A stretch of DNA of 33,084 nucleotides, from assembly GCA_943372555.1 (NCBI GenBank), contig CALRZB010000001.1:1-33084 (forward strand), written 5' to 3'. The number at the start of each line of letters is the position of its first letter. Position 1 is the first letter of the stretch. The notes beneath the pieces were generated by a model. It made no database searches. It saw nothing but the letters and a program-made list of their open reading frames with translations, and was not told the DNA's origin. The position numbers and the translations under genes are program-made. Of the stretch, positions 9,368-15,343 are shown piece after piece. This DNA comes from Chryseobacterium gleum (lineage in GTDB: Bacteria; Bacteroidota; Bacteroidia; Flavobacteriales_D; Sanyastnellaceae).

Positions 9368-9472
9368 CGACGACTAGTGACCAACGACTAGTGACTAGTG
9401 ACTAACGACTGGTGACTGGTGACCAACGACTAGTGACTAGTGACCGACGACCAGTGACCAATGATTAATTAC
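9368..9472. repeat. Tandem heptamer array, 15 units, consensus YRRYGAC (TAGTGAC / CAACGAC), with a 21-bp higher-order period
   Basis: It reads cgacgac tagtgac caacgac tagtgac tagtgac taacgac tggtgac tggtgac caacgac tagtgac tagtgac cgacgac cagtgac caatgat taattac. One -ACGAC unit is followed by two -GTGAC units, repeatedly. Confidence 0.95.
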
Positions 9473-9590
9473 TGAGGGAAGTTCTTTTAAATAAAATATT
9501 TCTCTCTGTGTAACTCTTTTATTCTCCTAAATCTCTGTGGCTAGAAAATGGGAAAATGAGAAAGAGAGGAAATGAGAAAGTGTAGAATCA

Positions 9591-9614
9591 CACCAACTAT
9601 CAAACTACCAAACT
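9591..9614. repeat. Short degenerate octamer array (caccaact atcaaact accaaact), the counterpart of the long ACCCCACT array in the inverted module
   Basis: It contains AACTATCAAACTACC (9595..9609), whose exact reverse complement occurs at 11514..11528. Confidence 0.7.
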
Positions 9615-9754
9615 AACTCACGAACCTCCTTCAATTCCTCTGAATAAATAGTAATTCGATCGCCAATCTCCAAAGGAAACGGACTCCAATCCTGCTGCCC
9701 AATAGACACATTCGACAACACAAGAAAACAAAACGATAAGAAAAGGTGTTTCAT
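9605..9754 (-). CDS. small ORF (49 aa) with an N-terminal signal peptide; either a secreted peptide or a gene remnant
   Basis: It is below the ORF-track length cut-off. The minus strand gives MKHLFLSFCFLVLSNVSIGQQDWSPFPLEIGDRITIYSEELKEVRELVW*. A perfect -7 box TATCTTTG lies 4 nt upstream of its ATG. The stop codon lies inside the degenerate octamer array. Confidence 0.35.
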   Translation of the reverse strand: MKHLFLSFCFLVLSNVSIGQQDWSPFPLEIGDRITIYSEELKEVRELVW

Positions 9755-9758
9755 GAAT

Positions 9759-9766
9759 CAAAGATA
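9759..9766 (-). promoter_or_regulatory. Bacteroidota -7 box TATCTTTG, 4 nt upstream of the small-ORF ATG
   Basis: The minus strand reads TATCTTTG-ATTC-ATG. Confidence 0.45.
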
Positions 9767-9768
9767 AC

Positions 9769-9810
9769 TACTGGTTACTGGATACTGGTTACTGGATACT
9801 AGTTACCCCA
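9769..9810. repeat. Tandem heptamer array TACTGGW, 6 units (14-bp alternation of tactggt and tactgga)
   Basis: It reads tactggt tactgga tactggt tactgga tactagt tacccca. It resembles the reverse orientation of the GTCACTG-type heptamers. Confidence 0.9.
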
Positions 9811-9858
9811 CGAACTCCCGACCCCTCGACCCCTCGACCCCACGACCCCTCGAACTTA
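9811..9858. repeat. Tandem octamer array CGACCCCT, 6 units (C4 tracts on the plus strand, G4 tracts on the minus strand)
   Basis: It reads cgaactcc cgacccct cgacccct cgacccca cgacccct cgaactta. It directly abuts the heptamer array on one side and the redoxin -7 box on the other. Confidence 0.9.
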
Positions 9859-9859
9859 C

Positions 9860-9867
9860 TATATTTG
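9860..9867 (+). promoter_or_regulatory. Bacteroidota -7 box TATATTTG upstream of the redoxin gene
   Basis: Exact TAnnTTTG match, 17 nt upstream of the ATG at 9885. Confidence 0.45.
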
Positions 9868-9884
9868 ACAAAATAAACGACAAC

Positions 9885-10523
9885 ATGAAAAAAGCACTCT
9901 ACATCTTCGGTGTGTTGGCAATTGGAATTGCTGCATACTCCTTTACTGTTGCTGATCCTGAAACATTGGCTATTGGTGCTGCTGCGCCTAAGACTGATCT
10001 TAAAATGGACGGTATCGATGGAAAATCAGTTTCACTTACCGACTTGAAAAAAGCAAACGGTCTTGCCGTTATTTTCTCAAGCAACACTTGTCCATTCGTT
10101 GTAGGCGCTGAAGGCTACGGCGAAGGCTGGGAAACACGTTATCTTGGTTTGCAAAAAGCAGCTGGAACATACAACGTTGGACTCGTTCTTATCAATAGCA
10201 ACGAAGCAAAACGTGCGAGTGGTGAAAGCATGGAAGACATGAAAAAAAGAGCTACAGAAAAGCGTTTCTCTAACGTGGCTTACCTACTTGACAAAAACTC
10301 TGAACTAGCAAACGCTTTCGGAGCGCGCACTACACCTCACGTATTCTTGTTTGATAAAGACATGAAATTAGTTTACCGTGGTGCTATCGACAACAACAAT
10401 GAAAGCGCTGCAAAAGTGACTGACTCATACCTGGAAAAAGCAATGATTAATCTTTCTCAAGGAAAAGCCATTAATCCAGCTGAAACTAAAGCAACAGGTT
10501 GCGGAATTAAGCGAGTTGGCTAA
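9885..10523 (+). CDS. secreted thioredoxin-fold (redoxin/AhpC-TSA-like) protein
   Basis: 212 aa. The signal peptide is MKKALYIFGVLAIGIAAYSF. The thioredoxin-fold pattern is VIFSSNTCPFV...ARTTPHVFLFDKDMKLVYRGAIDNN...GCGIK. Only one Cys is present at the usual CxxC position. Confidence 0.75.
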   Translation: MKKALYIFGVLAIGIAAYSFTVADPETLAIGAAAPKTDLKMDGIDGKSVSLTDLKKANGLAVIFSSNTCPFVVGAEGYGEGWETRYLGLQKAAGTYNVGLVLINSNEAKRASGESMEDMKKRATEKRFSNVAYLLDKNSELANAFGARTTPHVFLFDKDMKLVYRGAIDNNNESAAKVTDSYLEKAMINLSQGKAINPAETKATGCGIKRVG

Positions 10524-10531
10524 TCTGGGAC

Positions 10532-10539
10532 TATTTTTG
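10532..10539 (+). promoter_or_regulatory. Bacteroidota -7 box TATTTTTG, 4 nt upstream of the truB ATG
   Basis: The plus strand reads TATTTTTG-CCCC-ATG (ATG at 10544). Confidence 0.5.
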
Positions 10540-10543
10540 CCCC

Positions 10544-11281
10544 ATGATTCCTGTACCTAATTCTTTTGAATCGATAGAAGACATCCTCCAAGGAAGTGTT
10601 ATTATAGTTGACAAACCCCTTGAATGGACCAGTTTCGACGTTGTCGGAAGGTTGAAGTGGTTGATTCGCAGATATGGCAAAGCGCCCAAATTCAAAATTG
10701 GTCACGCAGGAACTCTAGATCCCTTAGCTAGCGGTCTTTTGGTAGTTTGCACCGGCAAATGCACCAAACAAATTCAAGACATACAAGGTGGAATGAAAGA
10801 GTACACAGGCACTATTCGCCTGGGACAAACAACACCGAGTTATGATCTAGAAACCGCACCAGAAGGCGATTTCCCTTACGAACATTATACAGAAGCCGAG
10901 CTCCTTGGAGTTGCGGCTTCTTTTATTGGTGAGCAATTGCAAACGCCTCCCATTTACTCTGCAAAACTCATCGATGGCAAACGCGCCTACGAATCTGCAC
11001 GTGCAGGAGTAGAAGTAGTAATGCGTCAGGCGCTTATTACGATCCATGAATTCGAGTTGACTCGCATTGCGCTCCCAGACATCGATTTCAAAATTCGATG
11101 CAGCAAAGGCACCTACATTCGGTCCATTGCACATGACTTCGGACAAAAACTAGGCGGCGGTTCGCACCTTGTGGCCTTACGCAGAACAGAATCAGCCCCA
11201 TTCCGCATCGAGAATGCATACGCTATGCAAGACCTCGAAGAAAAAATTCGCTCAATTTCTCCCTCAAAATCAGAGGATTAG
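10544..11281 (+). CDS. truB: tRNA pseudouridine(55) synthase
   Basis: It contains the catalytic Asp motif KIGHAGTLDPLASGLLVVCTG, plus YSAKLIDGKRAYE and GTYIRSIAHDFG. Confidence 0.93.
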   Translation: MIPVPNSFESIEDILQGSVIIVDKPLEWTSFDVVGRLKWLIRRYGKAPKFKIGHAGTLDPLASGLLVVCTGKCTKQIQDIQGGMKEYTGTIRLGQTTPSYDLETAPEGDFPYEHYTEAELLGVAASFIGEQLQTPPIYSAKLIDGKRAYESARAGVEVVMRQALITIHEFELTRIALPDIDFKIRCSKGTYIRSIAHDFGQKLGGGSHLVALRRTESAPFRIENAYAMQDLEEKIRSISPSKSED

Positions 11282-11386
11282 AAAAAACTTTTTTGAGAAC
11301 GTAACCTTAGGCCTTACAAACACCGTTAAAGACCCTGTAAGTTCTCATGTAGAGATATTAGATAGTTTAATTGTTTTCATTTATTA

Positions 11387-11418
11387 CCAAAAGGCCGCTC
11401 AACGGAGTGGCCTTTTGG
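11387..11418. terminator. Strong hairpin (14-bp stem with one G-U pair, 4-nt loop) with A4/T4 arms; candidate bidirectional intrinsic terminator downstream of truB
   Basis: It reads ccaaaaggccgctc-aacg-gagtggccttttgg. The T-run forms part of the 3' arm. Confidence 0.6.
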
Positions 11419-11423
11419 TATTG

Positions 11424-11527
11424 GGGGTAGTGGGGTAGTGGGGTAGTGGGGTAGTGAGGTAGTGGGGTAGTGAGGTAGTGGGGTCGTGGGGTAGTGGGGT
11501 AGTGGGGTAGTGGGGTAGTTTGATAGT
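11424..11527. repeat. Tandem octamer array GGGGTAGT, 12 units plus 1 degenerate unit
   Basis: ggggtagt x4, gaggtagt, ggggtagt, gaggtagt, ggggtcgt, ggggtagt x4, ttgatagt. This array generates the spurious PTTPLPHY ORFs in the track. Confidence 0.95.
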
Positions 11528-11532
11528 TAAAA

Positions 11533-11572
11533 CAAATGAACACAAGTGAACACAAATGCACCCAAATGAAAA
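11533..11572. repeat. Four tandem decamers CAARTGMAMM
   Basis: It reads caaatgaaca caagtgaaca caaatgcacc caaatgaaaa. Confidence 0.8.
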
Positions 11573-11578
11573 GAATCC

Positions 11579-11669
11579 GTCGTAGCTCACTAGTCACTGG
11601 TCGTTGGTCACTGGTCACTGGTAGTCGGTCGTCAGTCACTAGTCACCAGTCACCGGTCGTTAGTCCTTG
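11579..11669. repeat. Tandem heptamer array GTCRYYR, 13 units; the reverse complement of the 9368..9472 array type
   Basis: It reads gtcgtag ctcacta gtcactg gtcgttg gtcactg gtcactg gtagtcg gtcgtca gtcacta gtcacca gtcaccg gtcgtta gtccttg. Confidence 0.95.
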
Positions 11670-11736
11670 ACATTCGCTTTTAGATGTTGTACCTTCGCCC
11701 CCCAATTTTCTAAATCATAATACATTGATTTCAACC

Positions 11737-12789
11737 ATGAAGCTGGGTCAGTTTCGTTACAAACTGCCACCCGAACTAATTGCCCAGTACCCTGCAAAGC
11801 ATCGCGATGAGTCCCGCCTTATGGTGGTTCACAAGAGCACAGGTAAGATCGAGCACCGTATGTTCAAAGACATTCTCGATTACTTCGACGAAGGCGACGT
11901 AATGGTAAACAACAACACTCGCGTTTTCCCTGCTCGTATGTACGGCAACAAAGAGAAAACTGGTTCGATGATCGAAGTATTTATGCTCCGCGAATTGAAT
12001 GCTCAAAGCTTGCTTTGGGATACTGTTGTTGATCCAGCTCGTAAAATCCGTATCGGTAATAAACTTTACTTCGGTAAAAACGACGAACTCGTTGCCGAAG
12101 TCATCGACAATACTACTTCAAGAGGCCGCACATTGCGCTTCTTATTTGATGGTACACACGATGAGTTCAAAAAATTGATCTACGAACTAGGCGAAACTCC
12201 GCTTCCGAAGTACATCACTCGTCCTGTTGAACCTGAAGATGAATTCCGCTATCAGACAATCTACGCTAAGCACGAAGGTGCTGTAGCTGCGCCTACTGCT
12301 GGTCTTCACTTCAGTCGTGAGCTCTCAAAACGCCTTGAAATCAAGGGTATCAACATGGCAGAACTTACACTTCACATCGGACTCGGAACATTCCGCACCG
12401 TAGAAGTAGAAGATCTTACTAAGCACAAAACAGACAGCGAACAACTTATCATCCCTGCAGAAACTGCGGATATGGTAAACGAAGCGAAAGCAAATGGTCG
12501 TCGTGTATGTGCAGTTGGAACTACCGTTGTACGCGCCTTTGAAAGCAGTGTGAGCACAAATAATTTGCTTAAGCCATTCGACGGATGGAGCAGCAAATTC
12601 ATTTTCCCTCCATACGATTTTCAAATTGCAGATAGCTTGATCACGAATTTCCACGAACCAGAAAGTGTCTTGTTAATGACCACTACTGCTTTTGGAGGAT
12701 ATGATCTTGTGATGCAAGCATACCAAGAAGCTATCAAAGAAAAGTATCGTTTCTTCTGCTACGGAGATGCGTTGCTTATCTTGACCTAA
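11737..12789 (+). CDS. queA: S-adenosylmethionine:tRNA ribosyltransferase-isomerase
   Basis: [30 protein letters not shown] is the QueA N-terminus. Also present are AAPTAGLHF and [15 protein letters not shown] prefer the ATG at 11737 over the track's TTG at 11725. Confidence 0.93.
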   Translation: MKLGQFRYKLPPELIAQYPAKHRDESRLMVVHKSTGKIEHRMFKDILDYFDEGDVMVNNNTRVFPARMYGNKEKTGSMIEVFMLRELNAQSLLWDTVVDPARKIRIGNKLYFGKNDELVAEVIDNTTSRGRTLRFLFDGTHDEFKKLIYELGETPLPKYITRPVEPEDEFRYQTIYAKHEGAVAAPTAGLHFSRELSKRLEIKGINMAELTLHIGLGTFRTVEVEDLTKHKTDSEQLIIPAETADMVNEAKANGRRVCAVGTTVVRAFESSVSTNNLLKPFDGWSSKFIFPPYDFQIADSLITNFHEPESVLLMTTTAFGGYDLVMQAYQEAIKEKYRFFCYGDALLILT

Positions 12790-12817
12790 TATTATTCTAC
12801 ATACAATACCAAAGAAC

Positions 12818-13222
12818 ATGAAAGCTGCGTCTATTCGCCTTTGCGTGACTTTGGTATTGTTTTTTTCTCTCAGTCACATCGCGATTTCTCAGTCGAGAAA
12901 ATCCGATCTCACTCTCGTTGGTAAAGCTCTATTCAAAGAAACAGTTGAAGGCAATCTTCAACCGAGAGCGTATGTTGCCACACATCTCAATAAAGACAAT
13001 CCAAGACTTGTTGCCATTGCGTTAGACGTATCGCTCGGCATCTTCGGCATGCACCGCATCTACCTCGGCACCGACGCCAAAGTTCCCGTGTTCTATACAT
13101 TGACACTAGGCGGCGGAATGGTGCTCTGGATCGCGGATCTAGTGCTCCTAATTACCACAGAGGACATCACTAAATTCATGAACAACCCGAATGTGTTCAT
13201 GTGGAATGAGAAGAAGCACTAA
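12818..13222 (+). CDS. TM2-domain membrane protein with an N-terminal signal peptide
   Basis: 134 aa. The two-helix segment GIFGMHRIYLGTDAKVPVFYTLTLGGGMVLWIADLVLLI matches the TM2 domain pattern (G.HRFYLG...D). Confidence 0.7.
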   Translation: MKAASIRLCVTLVLFFSLSHIAISQSRKSDLTLVGKALFKETVEGNLQPRAYVATHLNKDNPRLVAIALDVSLGIFGMHRIYLGTDAKVPVFYTLTLGGGMVLWIADLVLLITTEDITKFMNNPNVFMWNEKKH

Positions 13223-13230
13223 GTACGAGG

Positions 13231-15192
13231 TCAGCCCACATTCCGTAATAAAATCTCCCCTTTACCCTCTAACCTTTCCCCTATACAATCTCCCCTCTCC
13301 CCTTTACCCTCTACCCTATGCACAAACCCCTTGTGGTCTATGTACCCGCACCAACCTGTTACCAACCAACCATCATTGAATATTCGCTTTCCACCCTCAA
13401 TATTTTGATCCAATACTGCTGGTCCTTTTATTAATATCTCTCCCACTTCTCCACTTGGTAACTCAACCGAATAATCATTCGGTTTGCAAATCTTCACCGC
13501 CACACCTGGCAATGGCTTACCAATCGAATCGGCATCGCTAGCCTCCTGAAACAGCGGACGACCAACAATATCACTGGAATTGATGTTGAGCAAATTCACA
13601 GCAAACACTGACGACGATTCATTCAACCCAGCGCATGTCAACACTGATATACCTCTATTATTCAACGATTGTACTGTGGCATTCAACGGATGAATATCTG
13701 CTGTGAATATGTGTGTCAACTCTGCAATATTTCTCTTCTCCGCCAACGCGCTCACCGCTGTCAACTGCCCCGGACTCGCTATCACCAACTGGTGTGAACT
13801 ACCTGTCAAAGTGTTCGCAAACTGCTCGTCAGTCGCGCCGTTTGGAAGCATCTCTACCGAAAAGTCTGACATCAAGGGAAGCAAAAACTCTAACACAAAA
13901 CCAAAAGAATTATGCATCTCTAAATCACACAACATCGAACTTCCTTTATCAAAATGATACACCTGACGCAAACCAATAATCACCGCATTGATCTGCTGCT
14001 GATATACAGGAATCGCTCTTACCAACTCTCTTTTTTCTTTTTCAAAAAATAATGCAACTGGCAACTCGGCCTTCACTGAAGTGAACAATGACATCACTCG
14101 CTTGCGCGCCACTTTCAAATTCTTGCAAATCACATTCACAGGAACTCCTTTCTCCATCGACGCTTCCAACTCATCGATAAACACCACGGCATTCTCTGTC
14201 GGTGCCCAATGACTAAAATTGATGTCTTTCGTAGTAATCAATAACCCCGCATTCGAGCGATTGATCGCAAACAAACGCTGTTCGTTCGTCCAATTCGGAT
14301 CGATTGGAACAGTGGTTTTCTTATTCATCAATAACCACAAATAAATCAACATCGACTGTGGGCCTTTTGGCAATAAAACAGCCACTGTAGTTTCTTTCTC
14401 CAACGATTTTCCAAGGGCAGCGCCGAGCTTCGACAATTGCTCTGGCAAATTAGAATACGCATGTTTCTTTCCTTCATATTTCCAAAAACCAACAGGCTCA
14501 TTGCTCAACACGCGACCAATGCGATTGCTAATCGTTGGCTGATCCATCAAACGTTTCGAGAAATTCTCTACTTCCAATTCTTTGATGCATTGACGCAATG
14601 CAAATGCACTCACTCCACCTTTAATCGGCACACCCACGTTGATTCTCACTTTTCTGCGAAGCGTAGAAAAAGAAAAACGCAACATGTGCTTGCGACCAGC
14701 GCGATATGAAAACGGAGTTCCAGAAACATTATCAAAATGAATAGGAACAACTGGTCCGGTAATAAGCTTTGAAAGATGCTCAACACCTTTTTTAAACTCC
14801 AAAATTTGTCCTGTTCTAGAAACAGTGCCCTCAGCGAAGATGGCTACCAAGTATCCAGCATTCACTTGTTCCGAAACAGCTTTATTAAATAACTCGAAAT
14901 CGTTCTTGCCTGTGCGAGGAGAAATAGGAACGCAATTGAGCGCTTTCAATAAAGGACGTAGAAAAGGCTTTTTGTAGATATCGGCATTCATCACAAAACT
15001 CACCGGACGGGAATTAAGACATACCATCAATACGAAGTCCATGTAGCTAGTGTGATTGCCCACCAATAGCGCTCCTCCCTCTGAAGGGATGTTCGAAGCA
15101 CCAGTGATGCGAAGTCGATAGATGACTCTTCCTAGAAGTTTTACAAACGTTCTAAGGAATGCGGCTAGTAGGGTGATCATTATTGTTTTCAT
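13231..15192 (-). CDS. Aas-like fusion: an N-terminal lysophospholipid/1-acylglycerol-3-phosphate acyltransferase (PlsC family) joined to a degenerate, C-terminally truncated ANL (acyl-AMP-forming) domain
   Basis: The HX4D motif is GNHTSYMDF and a second acyltransferase block is FAEGTVSRTG. The C-terminal half shows ANL-like blocks GEVGEILIKGP and GWLVTGWCGYIDHKGF but no P-loop. I prefer the ATG at 15192 (MKTIMITLL...) over the TTG at 15225. The last ~25 codons lie in a repeat array. Confidence 0.75.
   Translation of the reverse strand: MKTIMITLLAAFLRTFVKLLGRVIYRLRITGASNIPSEGGALLVGNHTSYMDFVLMVCLNSRPVSFVMNADIYKKPFLRPLLKALNCVPISPRTGKNDFELFNKAVSEQVNAGYLVAIFAEGTVSRTGQILEFKKGVEHLSKLITGPVVPIHFDNVSGTPFSYRAGRKHMLRFSFSTLRRKVRINVGVPIKGGVSAFALRQCIKELEVENFSKRLMDQPTISNRIGRVLSNEPVGFWKYEGKKHAYSNLPEQLSKLGAALGKSLEKETTVAVLLPKGPQSMLIYLWLLMNKKTTVPIDPNWTNEQRLFAINRSNAGLLITTKDINFSHWAPTENAVVFIDELEASMEKGVPVNVICKNLKVARKRVMSLFTSVKAELPVALFFEKEKRELVRAIPVYQQQINAVIIGLRQVYHFDKGSSMLCDLEMHNSFGFVLEFLLPLMSDFSVEMLPNGATDEQFANTLTGSSHQLVIASPGQLTAVSALAEKRNIAELTHIFTADIHPLNATVQSLNNRGISVLTCAGLNESSSVFAVNLLNINSSDIVGRPLFQEASDADSIGKPLPGVAVKICKPNDYSVELPSGEVGEILIKGPAVLDQNIEGGKRIFNDGWLVTGWCGYIDHKGFVHRVEGKGERGDCIGERLEGKGEILLRNVG
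13255..13313. repeat. C-tract-rich array containing an exact 17-bp direct repeat CTCCCCTTTACCCTCTA (13255..13271 and 13297..13313), 42 bp apart
   Basis: Read directly from the sequence. The minus strand is G-tract rich (ggg/gggg every ~8 nt). It encodes the duplicated EGKGE in the tail of the Aas-like ORF. Confidence 0.85.
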
Positions 15193-15343
15193 GGAGCAAA
15201 TAACATTCACGCCTTCTCGCTCCAAAAGTCTTCTTTCAAAATAAACGTAGTTTTACTTTTTCCTTAAAATATCCCATAAATACTGTAATAAATATCTTTT
15301 CTTCCTATATTCATCTTTCAAAACGTAGTTTAAAAAGCACTAA

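Noticed and set aside
11367-11639. Track ORFs 11367..11639 (-), 11399..11590 (-) and 11169..11438 (+), which encode PTTPLPHY-type low-complexity repeats
   Set aside because: They are translation artefacts of the GGGGTAGT octamer and GTCACTG heptamer arrays. The 8- and 7-bp units are not codon-phased. The ORFs overlap a strong terminator hairpin and have no promoter or start context.
9368-11669. CRISPR array, composite transposon or plasmid-type iteron origin as an explanation for the repeat arrays
   Set aside because: The units are 7-10 bp with no unique spacers, so this is not CRISPR. There are no cas, transposase, integrase, rep or dnaA genes anywhere in the window. The flanked genes (redoxin, truB) are housekeeping. 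The iteron idea is retained only as a loose analogy for the 21-bp phasing.
13191-13379. Track ORF 13191..13379 (+), encoding PLYPLTFPLYNLPSPLYPLP
   Set aside because: It is a low-complexity product of the C-tract repeat. It overlaps the end of the TM2 gene and the 3' end of the Aas-like gene on the opposite strand, so it is a shadow ORF.
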